A stretch of DNA of 64,000 bases from Selaginella moellendorffii (GCF_000143415.4 NW_003314374.1:22604-86603), one strand, 5' to 3'. Positions 23,485-37,419 are shown, numbered from the stretch's first letter. The notes: a model not told the origin generated them from the sequence alone. A program made the numbers and translations.

Positions 23485-26160
23485 TGTCAGGCACTGAGTT
23501 AGGATAATAAGATAAGAAAAGGCCTTACAATTAAGTGCTTGAAAGAGAAAGTCCAAAACATGAAACAATTCCCAGAGGAAAAGGACAAGCATGCTCTTTG
23601 AAGAATTGACACCAAGAGGTTCTATTATGAACCTCAAGCAACACTTATTATTTTTGACACGATTAAAAAATGATTCAACAACATAAAGAAGTAGAAGAAG
23701 AAGAAGAAGAACAAGAACAAGAAGTAGAAGGAGAAGAACAAAGAGAAGCAGGAGAACAAAAGAAGAAGACTGAAGTATAAATAGGAAGAAACAATAAAAC
23801 TCAAGAAAATTAAGCATGGAAGATCAGTAGCGACTAAGACAAACAACAAGTTCCATACCTCTTTTGTTCATCCTTGTTGAGAGGATAAGATGATGTAGTA
23901 GGTGGTTATGCCTACATGGCAGATATTTATAGCAGTTGTATCTATAGAAATACAAGTTTTCCTTGCGCGTCACTCCCTTTGTTTTCATGGTATCAGAGCT
24001 TTGACTTTATTGGGATGACGGTCACTTGAAATTCCAACGGCTATTCAGACGGTATGACTGTAGAAATATCCAGATCGGATCTACAAGATGACGTTGAGAC
24101 CATGTAAATATTTATATGGTGAAACTACAAAGTGGTGTTAGGGAGAAAATCCATAACTGCCTCAGAGTTTAACATGGTATTGGAGCCCAGGCAAACAGTG
24201 CTTTGGGGAACTGATGGGGAAGTCTTGGCAAGAGCAAGCAGATCTTGATCACGCACAAGCCACTCTCCAACATGTGAATGATTGATTACAAAAGAGGACG
24301 TAGGAAAATTGACATTGAGCAGTCAAACACTTCATCGTCCAGCAAGGTTGGCCAGTAGTTGAGACCCTTGCAGCCATGATGACAAGCAAAGCCCTTCCAA
24401 TCCAGGTGTTTAGTGGGACTGACTTCGAAAACTGGGTGAAAGAAATTTCATTCATTTTTCTCATGGACAATTGTCTTCAAATTGTCCAGGGAAGAGAGCT
24501 CAAGGCAACAGCCATTGATATCTGACTGGCAAGTGAGGAATGACAAGGCACATAATCCATGAGAATTGGACTTGGAAAGCTTCATCACCACCATCTTGAT
24601 TTCACAATAAATTGGACAGCCTTAAGACCATATTTGGCAATCAAGCGAGCAAGGAAACCAAGGAAGTGGAGCTGAAGTCCAAGCTTTTCACGCTTAGAAT
24701 GAGACCTGACAAAAATTGTTTTAGGCCGTATGAAGTCCATCCTCTCACAGTTGACTGGCTTAGATGAAGCGGTCAAAGAAGCAGACAACAAGACAGTCTT
24801 ATTGAATGCATTGGCGGTACATAAGATGTTGAGGAAAGTCTTGAAAAACTCAACCAAGACATTTGTTGAGATGTAAGCATCATTGCTAAATGATACAGGC
24901 CCAAAAAAATCTGCTAAGCCAGAGCTGCACTCTTTGTAGCTGGCTCAAGTTTAAGATTAGGAAGGAATTCCTCAGGCTGAATATAAATAGTGAAATGAGG
25001 ATGACTCCCATGTGCAGTGTTAGACAAAGGCAAATGTCACGAGTCTAAATTAACGCAGGCCTCAAAAGCTGACCCAAGGGAAGGTCAAGGAGATAGTAGT
25101 CTAGCCACAAGCAGTTTCTAGAAGGCTTGTGGTAGGGACAACATTGGTGGCAGTTCAAAGGTCGCAAGTAAGAAGGGCATGTGCAACTATTGCAAGCGGA
25201 TAGGACATTATGCAAGAGATTGCAGAGACAAAGCTGCAAACAGGCCAAGAGGAGTGGGCAAGAAGAATGACCAAGCGAGAGCACTAGTTGTCTGAGCTCC
25301 ACATGATAGTGAGGATTCGTGTAATCTAGCTCGATTCTGGGGCCACGATGCACATGACCCACATTCAAGAAGCCTTTATGACATACATTCCACAATGGCT
25401 TGTTCGCACTTGATGTAAAAAACTTCTTCTAGTAATTGGTGACGGCACAGTGGAGGTCCAGAAACCAGGAGATCCTAAGCAAGAGCTCATCTACATGTAC
25501 TATGCACCAGGGCTGGACACCACTCAAACAATTCCAGTTTGCGATTTATTTTTGATTCAGATATGTGCATCATGTGCTTGATCCTTGAGGGATCTCTCCT
25601 AGAGGGCAAGGTCCAAGCAAGAAAGTAGGCCACCTTGCTCCTCAATAGTGTAGGACGAAAGCCATCGTAGCATATGGTGTTTGATATAAGTTGCTGTACA
25701 AGCTTGATGCAGAGGTCGTTGTGCTAACTATAGCTCAAGCCTTGGTGCCAGGAAACATGCAACGTTCGCATGAGAGACTGGACACCTCCACGATGGAGCT
25801 GTCAAGACAATTGTTGGCTTGCAGCAAGAAACACACGGACTCACAGGAAATCTCAAGTTTTGTGAGGCATACACTCTCAACAAGAAGACCAGGACGCCAT
25901 TCCCACAACAATCAGAAAGTTGAACTACCTGAATGGATGAGCTGCCAATGTGGAAAAGAAACATTCATTTGCTATCTCAAGAAAGCACTCTATAAGCTGT
26001 GGCAATCTCCTAAAGCATGGTATGACCACGTGGACAGGTTTCTCCAACACCTTAGCTTCATCAAAATTTAAGCAAATGGCAACAAAATGGCAACATCTAC
26101 ATGTTCTCCCCAAAAAGCAGTTTTGCTATACTTGCTCTTTATATGTGGACGACAAATGTT
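23485..26160 (+). mobile_element. Degenerate Ty1/Copia LTR retrotransposon: LTR ~23485-23987 plus deleted gag-pol
   Basis: TG..CA LTR, then Met-tRNA PBS TGGTATCAGAGC (23988-23999); gag FSGTDFENW; Zn knuckle CNYCKRIGHYARDC (~25180); protease LDSGATMHMT (~25330); RT LKKALYKLWQSPKAWY and LYVDD (~25970-26150). Confidence 0.9.
23686..23770 (+). repeat. (GAA)n-type microsatellite inside the Copia LTR
   Basis: aagaagtagaagaagaagaagaagaacaagaacaagaagtagaaggagaag... Confidence 0.85.
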
Positions 26161-27299
26161 CTCCCCAAAAAGCACTTTTGCTATCCTTGCTATGGATAGT
26201 ATATAAAGGAAGTGGACTCGGGATAAAGGTAGGTTATTTTTCCTTTATTTCTTGCTCTTTCTCATCTTTGGCTATGGCTGTTTTTAAATATCAATCGTTT
26301 CTCTTTTACGTATATTGACTCTTGATTGGTTTTGAGAGTCAACATCGTGCCATGAATCTTCAAAACCCCAATCACATGAAAATTTCCCTTCTTTCCTAGT
26401 TTCTTGGACAGATTCCCTCTCTCCTCGCTTCCCCTCTTATGTGTGAAGTGTCATTTGGCTCTTCTTGCACTGCCGTTTGGCTCCATTGAGAAAATTCCCT
26501 CTTCTTGTGCCCTGTCGGGGAAATGGACTGGGAAGTGTGTGTGAGATCCTTTCCCACGGTGGTCCCCTGAACAAACTCAGATGCTCCAATACATTCTTGG
26601 TTCTTTGCAGTCGTGGGAAGAAGCCGGCAGCTACAGTACCGGAAGGATCTCCATCTCCAATTGATGCTTTCAAGGAGCCGATCGACATTCCTCCGCTTCC
26701 TCTAGAAGAGCTTCTAAGCAGGTAGGTAAGCATCTCGCACCAGCAGGAGCTTAAGGATGCCATCAACACGATGAAGGCATCCAAGAGGATGGAATGGCTT
26801 TCATCTAGGAGATCCAGAAGAACCAGAGGGGCGGGTGGATGGAGCTCAAGGGAACATCTTTGATGCATGTGCTGACCCAAGGACTCCCGGCCGACAAGCC
26901 TCGATGGAACAAGAGTCCACACACGTTTGCAGTGGCATCCTAGGGTTTTGGTCCTCAAGATCAGTCCCTTTCCTTGATCCATACGGTTTTCACTTTGGGA
27001 ACATTGACAAGGGAGATGGATTGGGCATGGGAAATGGACTGCTGACCAGAGGATCTTTGTTCCCAAGGCAGTCAATGCCTTTTGGGGGTTTGTCAGCATG
27101 TTCACAAGGTCCAGTCTTTTCTAGCATTCCAACATTTTCATTTCCTCCACCGCATTTCCAATGAGCACCAGTCACAGAGGAAGCACATTCTCTCAATAGG
27201 ACCCCCCAATATTCAGCATGGGTTGAAGATCATCTCACACTTTTGCAATAAGGTTAAAACTTTAATAACTAAACATTGATAATTAATATCATATTATCC

Positions 27300-27840
27300 A
27301 TAAATTAAATAGAGAGATTAAATGATGTATTGTGCAACATTTTAAGAAAGCTAACTGTTAAAGATTGGGACAAATGGCTATTGTTGGATAAAGTAGCAAT
27401 AAATTTCACTCATTTTTAACTAGTTTATGGGATATAAACTATGTTTTCAATTGAGTTGAAAATCCCAACTCTACAATTAGCACTGAAGCATAGACTAAAT
27501 AATAATGAGGACTTGTAGTTGAGGCTAATTCAACTTAAAAGGATGGATGAGAATCAATGTCAAGCTCTTCAATAGATAAAAGTAATTCAGCAGTAAAGAA
27601 AACATAAATTTGATAAAAACTCTATAAAGGTTTTCCCAATTAGCAATCTGGTTATAAAATATGATAGTAGAATTGACAAAACATTTATAAAAAGTTTCTT
27701 CCACAAGGGGATAGCATATATCAAATTGTTGAAATCTACAATAATGGATCATATTTGCTAGCAAAAATCTTGATGAAAAAAAATATAATACCTAAATGAA
27801 TTGATATAAGTTGAAAAAATTTCATGTTCGATTATGAGAC
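27300..27840 (+). mobile_element. Degenerate Gypsy integrase C-terminal remnant
   Basis: Stop-ridden DWDKWL, LVYG..FSIELKIPTL, YQIVEIYNNGSYLLA. Confidence 0.55.
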
Positions 27841-28480
27841 AACACTACTATTGGGTTGCAAACAACTTGCATGACTGTAAGCTATGTGGTTTGTTTGGGT
27901 GGAATTATGTGAGCAATAAAAGTTTTGAGCAAAAAATGCCATATTCAAAGTTGACACTTCACTTGATCATTGGATCCTTGAGAGTGATTTATTGAGTTTA
28001 GCACTTTAGAGCCACATTCTTACTACAGATTAGAGCTCTCCACCTTGCCACAACTGTGGTCTAGGTTTTCTCACAAGGCTATGCACTTCCATCTCAAGTT
28101 TTCACACTATCCCACATTAATAATGCATGGAGAACAAACTTGCTTTAGTGGTGTATTAGGCCTCCTCCAGGACTCCCTACAGCCTCTTGAACTTGTAAAA
28201 GTTGCACTTTCTTCTCCAACTTGTAAGTGGTGTCATCACTATTTTACAACTTTGGTACTATGCCAAGATCACACACTTGTATAGAGATAACATACTAAAA
28301 AACTTATCCAAGTTTCCTTTCATTTTTCATAATAGTCAAGTGTTTTTTGCAAATCACTTAAGCTATCTATACTTGCTACATAAAGGTGACTTCCATCATA
28401 ACATGATGCCTCCTTGTTGGTACTTTTCATGCTTTAAGCTAAGTACTTGACTTCACATGCATGTGTTATTTTCCTTTACT

Positions 28481-28904
28481 GAGCTAAGGGGAACTAACAC
28501 CTCCATTTCCACACTAAATTTACCAATCTATGTGAGGCAACTAATCATTCATCTGTACTATAGTCTTATAGTGGATATTTTCATCTGTGGATGCTCTACA
28601 AAACGAAAGATGCACTTATGGATGCCCAATACGTATGATTTCAATTTTAGGAGTAGAAATATATCTTGCTCAAGAGTATATTATATTTTAAATAGCCACT
28701 AATCAATGAGAATTAAACCTATGCCATTTGCTCCAATACCACATGTAACACACTCTATCTATCTCCCTTTAATCCAACTGGAAAAAAGGCAATTGTTTGA
28801 TGAGAAAGCCCTTAGCAGCTATTTTATCCCCATTTATCCCCAAGGTTTTAAAGATTCACGGTGATAATATATTCAAATCTCATCCTATGATCACATGTGC
28901 TTCA
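28481..28904 (-). mobile_element. 5' LTR (28744-28904), PBS and leader of the same short-LTR family as the TRIM at 35625
   Basis: Colinear with 35846-36272; TG..CA-like ends; PBS-like tggtattggagc at 28730-28741. Confidence 0.8.
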
Positions 28905-31102
28905 GATGCTCCTATAAAACTACATTTCTTGATTGTTTTTTATATCTTCTTGGTTTCCAACTTTCACATCATACCTAGACTTCAAGAGTCACTACTACTA
29001 GCATGTTAGACAATATGAATAGAATTGCCAACACATATAGGTTTTGGTAAAAGGATCAATAGAGACTATCTAAGGGATTAGAATGCACTATCACTAAATA
29101 TGTGCTCAAGAACACACCCATTATTAGAGATTGCACCAAACATAGTCTGGAATGAGATCTAATCAAGCCAACTCATCACAAAGAGAGTTAGCAATGAAGT
29201 AGAGGCCAGGTTATGGAGAATTTTTATAGAAAAAAGATTGATGAAGAGCAATAGTTTATAATTAGTGTCAAAAGTATCAACAATAGAGAACCCCACATTA
29301 CCACTTTCAACCAAAAAAGAGCATTCATCCTTGACTCTTCACTCTACTTCTCAAGAACTTGTCAACATACTTGCAATAGTGACCAAGTGAAGGGCAAAGT
29401 ATGATTGATTAGGCCTTTACATTTCTTTGTTTGCTTTTGTATATGCTTTAGAGTTTCAGCCTTGGTCTTTATGCAAGAATGACTTGCAGCTTGTTATGTT
29501 TTGATTTGCATCCATACATGTGACTTTGATGATCTTGGCTAAAGTATGAGAAAGTATTATTAAAAGTGCATATTAGAGATCTTAGGTTTACACGTCTGGG
29601 CCAAATGTGGCCAGATGGAGGTTGCTATATATCCCATAGTATATATAGAAGTATATTCCTAGAGTTTGTCAAAGATGAGTGGAGAGCACATGTAAAGAGT
29701 TCTTTTGGTATCAATCACAATTTCCTCACACCATTCACTTTGTCAAGTTCAACAACTAGTTCTTTGTCACTTGAAAGCTTGCATTATCCAGGTTGTGACA
29801 AAAAATGATACACAAACACTAGATTCCCAAATTGTGTCAAAAGAAAAGGAGATTATTGACAAGGACAACATGATTAATCATTGCCTTGACAAAGGTTATA
29901 AAGTCTCAAGATTCTTCTCTAACTTTATACCCATGCAAAACTTATATATAATGCCTCCAACTACTTTTATGAAGATTGGGGTAGTTGGTTTTTCTTGAGG
30001 CAAAGGGAACCTATGTCTTGAGTGCATGATAGAAACATAAGCATGCCATGTTTGAGGAGGTGATCTTGAGCTCATAGATCCCCCTCTCACTACATGATTT
30101 GCTGTATTCCTTGGTGGAGGAGACATCATTGTGAATTGCTAACAGAACACTGTATTGTTACCCCACAAGTGGCAGCTTGAGTGAGGTAGAAATTTCCATT
30201 TCCTCCTAAAATTATAATAATGTTACCTTCTTTTGTAAATTTAAGCAGTGACTTCAAGAAGAATATCAACAACTCTTTTCCCTCTTGCTTACTGATATAT
30301 AGTGTCAACAATGTCATCTAGAGCAAAAAGAGCCCATGAATGTCTTGATGTCCAGTTTACTACAAGCAAACTCTCCTCTAGACACATAATAATTAGGATA
30401 TATAAGTCAGCTCTTCCCTAGATAGCTTTCTTTCTGCCATATAGCTCAACATTCTAATGGCTCAGGATGCATCAGTATCTTAAAAAGAAAAATTCTATCT
30501 CTCTCACATATATAATAATAAGTTAATATCTAATGTATTCAATCACCTTACACAATTAAGAAAAAATAATTTATTGTGCTATGAAGAAATGCTTGGTTTA
30601 CTTTGAATTTTATTGTTTTTATTTATTGAGCAAATTTTAAATTTCTAGGCCAGATTTAATTAGTGTTTAAGAAAGTTTATAATTTTAAATGTAAAAAATC
30701 AATCTAGATGTATATCAACTATCAGATGATAAAATATTAAAGAATGACATATTTGATATCTATTATGGTATTACTATTCTAGGTTAACATAACCAAACAA
30801 TAATTAAGCTTTAAATAAAAGTAACAATAGTTTTGGCATATTATATAGGTTAAGATAGAAGTAAAAGAAACTAAATAACTATATTTATAAATAAAATAAT
30901 CATTTAAGATAAAAATAAAAACTAAAAATGGGATAACTTTAAAAAAATAAAATTAAAAAGAACTATACCTATTTATCTATATTCAGAAGAATTTATTGAA
31001 TTTTAGAAATTATTTTTATTTAAAAAATAATCAAAGTTTTTTGATAGCTAGTTTTTACAAAATTAAAATAAAGGAAGTTTTAAAATATTATATTATTTAG
31101 CT

Positions 31103-32014
31103 TTATATAGAACATAAAGTATGATATCCTGTGTTTGATGACCATAATAGTTTATTAGGAAATTTAAATGAATAAAGGACTAAATTGCAGTCGTTTTGAA
31201 GACTTAAAAAGGTATCTATAAAGCAAAATGATTGAATTTTACAATATAAATTAATAGACCATTCTACACTATTTAATGATGAATATAAAACTAAATTTCC
31301 ATCATTTTGAAGTTTGAGCATACAAATTTGTAAATACTTTTTACCACTTTTTGTTTCCCAAATCATTTTACTTCTAGAATAAAGAACAAGATTACAATTT
31401 GATTCTAATATAAGGATATTTTTTTTATTTGAAGATAATATAAACTGGCCAGAATATAAATGATTATGTGACATTCCATTAGTAAGAGTAGTTAAAGAAT
31501 CATCACAATCAATTGAAAAGCCTGTATGTTTAAACTTTAATTGTTCTTTAAATATAAATTTATTAAATAGTTCATCATGTTTTATTATAAAGTATGATAA
31601 AGAATAATTTTTTCTTATAATTTTATATGAGTCACAAAAATCGGATAAAAAATCAGCAATATAATCATCTAAAATGCTTCAAAATCCTGTTGCCATAGTT
31701 CTTGATGATATTATTTCAGGTAATTTACCACTTGTTTCACAATATTTATTTAAGTGATCAAAAAGATTAAATCTTGCTAGTCTTATGGTAGCTCTTCCAT
31801 TTATAATTTGAAAACTTGCAGAATCAGACCAAATTGGAGGAAAATTTCCACCATTTCTGATATTTGAAATCATTTCTTCAAATTTTGTAATTATTTTTCT
31901 CATATATTCATAATTTATTTCATTTTCCTTACCTTTCTCAATATTAGCTGAATAGAAAGAACTTATAAAGTTTAAAATAAAAATAAATAAAAAGCAGATT
32001 AAATGTTGTGCCAT
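31103..32014 (-). pseudogene. Secreted chimeric GNA/bulb-type (B) mannose-binding lectin: 304-codon frame with one in-frame TGA (31679-31681)
   Basis: ORFs 31679-32014 and 31103-31474 share a frame and the 68 codons between them are open. Hydrophobic signal peptide MAQHLICFLFIFILNFISSFYSA; lectin motifs ESNCNLVLY, QNDGNLVLY, QNDCNLVLY, LWSSNT. Confidence 0.8.
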
Positions 32015-32119
32015 TAAATGAAATAAATTGTGCTTTTATAAGGTTTCTAAGATTGTGAATTTAGTAAGCATTACCTATCTAACTTAAATATTCTTTTCAA
32101 CTATTAATTTTTTTATATA

Positions 32120-35050
32120 TGTGTGTACTAGTTCAGATTTTATACATACATAATAACAATCTGTGAATAGAATATAAAAATATGCATATTTGATTAGCCC
32201 CACCCTAGCTTATATACAAGAGTAAGTGGTCTAGATTAAAACCAATCTAATGGCTACCAAAATCTTTACTATACTAATAATAGTATATAACTATAATCCA
32301 TACACTTGAACTTCACATTATCCCCTCCTCTTAAAAGGATGGGAGACAATTAGGTCATTGTGTTGATGGGCCAAGATCTGGAGGAACATTAAGTGAAGAC
32401 ATTGGTGGATTTATAGGCAATGCAATGTGTTTTTAATCCTTTTGTATGAAACATTTCAATTATTGTATATATACAATTTTTAGAGGATCGGCTTATTGAA
32501 TGTCATGCTAATTATGGTTTAACTTGCCACAACATTTGATATGGTCCTTTCTATTGGGCAATAAACCTTTTAGACAAACCATATACTATAAAATTAGGAA
32601 AATGAATCAACACTAGATCATCCATTTTGTACTTTGCAGATGCACATTGTAACGTTGTTGTTGTCCCACTTGTATATGGCTTAAGTGTTTAACAAACTTT
32701 GGTTGCATTAATGGAAGAATGCTCATCAAATATTGATTGCAAGATCTAGAATTGGCAACTTGTGGCAATTGTGAAGGTAAACTCAACTCTATCACAAATA
32801 TAAAATCATGACTATATAAGAGTTTTTATGGTGAAGCACCAACAATATATATATACCAAGATATGGTAAATAACCATCCCAATGTGAATGCTGAAAATTT
32901 ATATACTTCGCAATCATCCTTTTAAAGGTTTAAATGAGCCACTTCACTAAACCATCTATTTGTGAATGATAAACACTTGTGAAAGTGGCATATAACTAAT
33001 TCGGACATCAAGATATGAAATGTCTCAGCTATAAATATGGGCCTATTGTCCTAGAGAATTTGCTCTGAATAAGATTATTGGAATAACACTTGATTAAAGA
33101 GGAAGTATCTAATAGTAGTTGTAAACACATCAACAACAAGCCAAGTAATCGAAAGCAATAATAATATATTTATTGCTAGCAATTGATTGTGGAAAAGGCC
33201 CAATGAGATCAAAGGCCATTAGCTCAACTAATAGAAAATTATAATTGGCTCCAACTATCCTTCTGCAACACGAGGGGGAAATATTATAAACTTAACACTA
33301 AATACAGCTATATACATATTGGATGACATCATATCACATCTCTAGCCAATAGAAAGACCTGTACAGCTTCTCAATCACATAACGATGTCCTATATACCTG
33401 CCTAGAATAGAAGAGTTATGGTGAGCATAGAGAAAGTGTGGAATAAATATTGAATGCACCACCAATATTAAAGATTAAAGGTAAATGATCATTAGAATTG
33501 GTCCCCACAAATTAAAAAAGATTATTCTCAAGGTGATATTGAAAATGTAAATGCCAAAATGACAAGTCATTAGTGAGATAAAATTCTTAAATCCATCACG
33601 AAGCCTTTGGATTTATGGCTCAACCTTTTAAGTCTTACAAACCTCATCAAGAGAAGATAAATCTAATTCTACACTTTGTGGACATTGAATACACCAATAA
33701 CACCATATCTTCATTTAGAAAATCCATTAATGCTAGAATAACAAGCTCATTAAAAACATGAGAAGAAAGCAAAGAAGGGAGAGGAGCTCAAGAAAAGGTG
33801 TTAGCATCAACTATATAACTCTTCAAGCAATGAACAAATTTGAAGTTATATATTTAAAATTTGAAAGCCTATCAAGCAATATAACCAACCAAATTCTTCT
33901 ATTTTAATAATGAAGTGACTATAGCATAATCACCCTCTAACAATGTCCCTAAACTATACAAGTATACATGAAGCTTCTCAAAAGCTCAAACTACTACTAA
34001 ACACTCTTTTTATATCATGGAGTAATTCACCTTTGTTTGTTATAATATACAACTGATATATGCAATGAGATGATACTGACTAAGCACATTCGTGCTTTCT
34101 TGCATCAATACAACTTTGAGACTTATATTAAAAGCATCTACACATAAGATGAAAGATTAAGTGTAATCAAGATATGCCAAAACTAGATTGAGTTATCAAC
34201 ACCTTTCTGAGATTCGCAAATGCTTGCTCACAATCCCTAGACTAAAGGAAAGACAATATTGACGACTTTAGCAACACTTGTAATGGTGGAATATGATAAA
34301 AAATATGATTAACAAAACGACTAAGATATTGCACCTTGTCGAGAAAGCATTGCACATCATGCACACACTTTGGAGTAGGGAATCTTAGAACAACCACAAG
34401 TTTGTTAGGATCAATTTGCAAACATTTGCAAAAAATATAATGCCTAAGATAAATCATGTCCTTGGATCTAACACACACTTTGACTACTTCAACTTCAAAC
34501 CAACATCTTGTGAATATCACATATATGCTCTTGCCATGTCCCATCTAAGTGGATCAAGACATCATTGATGAAATCAGCAATCACTTTTGATATATCACAA
34601 AGAACCTTATTCATCATCCATTAGAAAATTGCCAAAATTTTGTTATGAGTACTAGCAAGTGCAAATAGTCAAGAAGGATGTTCCCAAAATTGCTATCCAT
34701 ACAAACAAGTTCACCCTAGACAATCCAAGAGGAAGAGGGTATATATATGGGATAGTCACTTTGTTTAGTAGATGATATTTGATGCAAAATTAAATACTCC
34801 CATCAAGCTTCATCACAAAGTGAAGTTCACACACCCAAGGACTCCAAAACTTTCAAATAACACCCTTCTCTAATATCTCTTTGACATTTACACGTAAAAT
34901 CCTAATCTCCTTTGGTGACTAATGCTAAATAAAAACCTTAATTGTACAAGCATCCCTAGTTGAAATAGGATGATATGTTACAATCTTGGCCCCAAATGAC
35001 AAGTCTGAGTTGAAGTCAAAGAGATCAACATACTCCTTGATCTAATCAAC
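32120..35050 (-). mobile_element. Degenerate Ty3/Gypsy element: RT/RH/integrase remnants, PPT and short 3' LTR
   Basis: RT thumb IDPNKLVVVLRFPTPKCVHDVQCFLDKVQYLSRFV (34242-34544); PPT (plus-strand tcccctcctcttaaaa, ~32320); LTR homologous to 54099-54240. Confidence 0.8.
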
Positions 35051-35624
35051 TATTGCAACACAAAATCTATCTAAGGGATCTAGAGAGGGAATAGAAGAAG
35101 TGGGGGCTTGTTATAAAGCCTTTTAATTTTGAATCATCTATGGAAATATTTTACGATAAATTAGGGGTTTGATGTGATATTTATTGTAGTGAATCGGATT
35201 TCTAATATGGCATATTTCATATCCACCACGATAGAAGTGGATGTAGGTGTGGTGAAGTTGTTCTTCAAACAAGTGGTTTGAGTGTACGGAAGGCCAAAAG
35301 AAATTATCTCAGATCAAGATAAAATTTTCACTAGTAGCTTATAGAGAACTCTCCTAGAACAATATTGCACTAATTTGAAATTTAGCATAGCCTATCACCC
35401 ATAAATAGGTGTTGAGTATTGAGGCAAGTATGATGGCAATAACACTTCTTGATAGATGGATAAATGAAAAAGGTGAATATTCATTTGGAGGATTATTTGC
35501 GATGCTAAAGACCAAACTAATTGGGTAAGTCATTTATGACTTACAGAAATATGTTATAATAACTCACCACATTCGAGTATTAGAGTGAGTCTATGGGAAG
35601 CCATCAATGGGCAAGCTATTGAAG

Positions 35625-36272
35625 TGTAGCACACCTTATCTCTCTTCCCTTAAGCCAACTAAAAAAGGGGCAATTACTTGATAAAAGAGCCCTTAGTGGC
35701 TATTTTATCCCCATTTATCCCCCAAGGTTCTAAGAATCCATAGTGATAGTATATCTAAATCTCATTTTATGATCACATCAACTACACTCACCCCCCTTTG
35801 AAAGATGTTAATGTCCTTATTGACTATTGACTAACAACCCCTATTGAGTTAAGGGGAACTAGCACCACCATTTTTGCACTGAATATACCAATTCTTCTAT
35901 TGTATAGATCAGCTATTCCATGTGAAGCAACTAATCATCCATCTATACCGCAGTTTCATGATAGATACCTTTGTCTATGGATGCTCCACCAAAAGAAAGG
36001 ATATACATATGGCCCAATATATATGATTTCAAATTTATGGGTAGGAATATATCTTTAAGTAGCCACTAATCAATAGGAATCAAACCCATGCTATTTGCTT
36101 GGATACCACATATAATGCATCCTATCTTTCTCCCCTTAAGCCAACTGGAAAAAGGGCAATTGTTTGATGAGAGAGCCTTTAGTGGCTATTTTATTCTCAT
36201 TTATCCCCCAAAGTTCCAAAGATCCACGGTAATAGTATATCTAAATCTCATCCCATGATTACATGTGCTACA
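35625..36272 (-). mobile_element. TRIM (terminal-repeat retrotransposon in miniature), 648 bp
   Basis: 162-bp direct repeats 35625-35786 and 36111-36272; outer TG..CA ends; PBS tggtatccaagc (36097-36108); PPT 35787-35799; near-TSD tgaag/tgaaa; non-coding 324-bp interior. Confidence 0.88.
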
Positions 36273-37419
36273 TGAAAGTCCTGTAAAACTCGGCATAACT
36301 GAGTATCATGGAGAATTACCCACAGTGGAGGTGCTTACGGTGGAAAGACTCAACATTTGAAATCTAGTGAAGGATTCTTTGGAATGGGCTCAACAAATGC
36401 AAACAAAATACATGAACCAGAAGCATCAAGACGTAGAGTTCTAACTTAGAAAGAAGGTGTGGCTAAACACCAAGAGCATAAGGTTATCAAGTGGGATCAG
36501 TCAGAAATTGACCCAAAGGTAAAATGTATGTATTCCTAGAAATGAACAAATCTTGAGTTCCATAAGTAAGTTTGCATAGTCTTATGAGATTGAGGCTCGA
36601 ATTGGTAAGGTGGCTTACCACTTTTGATTTCCTTGGGAGACGAGAAAGATGCACCCTGTGTTCCATGTGACCTTACTCAAGCTATACTTTGAAGATTTGC
36701 TTCACAAAAACCAAGTAAGACCTTTACCCAAGGTTATCCAAAGGGAGGAGAAATATAAGGTCAAAGCTATCTTTAATGTGTGTAAGAGAAAGCGATAAAG
36801 ATGTGAAGTGAAGGAGTTCTACATAAAGTGAAAAAAATGTGAAGCAACATGGGAACTAGAGGAAAACCTAACAAATGCATAAGATTTAGTGAAGGAATTT
36901 TTGCAAGGTAAAACTTTATATACTTATGCAAAGTTCAATTAAATTGTCCCATGTGAAATGGAGTAATGTCATATATTAGGGACCCGAAGGCACGTCGAAG
37001 GTAAGCTAATTAGCATGGGTTTAGCTAAGTCGACTAGGTGTAAGGAGCTATACCCGACTCTTTGAAGGGATGTCAAATCCATAGACCTATTCTACGGAGG
37101 TTGGATTTGAGTCCCAACCTTCTAGTAAAGCAAGGTTGGGTTCAAGTCCTAACCCTTTACGAAGTGAGGGGTATAGGGACACTTGTATCTTGTTGTTATG
37201 TGCTCTTAGCTGGGGAGGTTGACTTAAGTGCACTATTAAGTGGGGGGATGCCCCTAGAGACATGGTTAATAGGTTGTAGGATTAAATAGAGACATTTGAT
37301 GTGTGTATTGAACTTTTTCTATAGGTGGTGGAGTTTGAAGGAACGAAAATTCCTGAGATTTTGTAAGCTAAAGGATCCTGAAAACATGATCGGAACAATA
37401 AAGAGTTCATCAGATAAAA

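Noticed and set aside
23413-23849. Leu/Phe-rich membrane-protein-like ORFs
   Set aside because: Translation of the (GAA)n microsatellite in an LTR
26200-27250. GC-richer block with several overlapping ORFs, including 222 aa on the minus strand
   Set aside because: No motifs or consistent exon structure; embedded in retroelement debris
29000-30500. Probable further retroelement remnant
   Set aside because: Too decayed to identify diagnostic motifs
31679-31681. UGA as selenocysteine or an alternative genetic code
   Set aside because: No SECIS evidence, land plants lack the Sec machinery, and the other Trp codons in the frame are TGG
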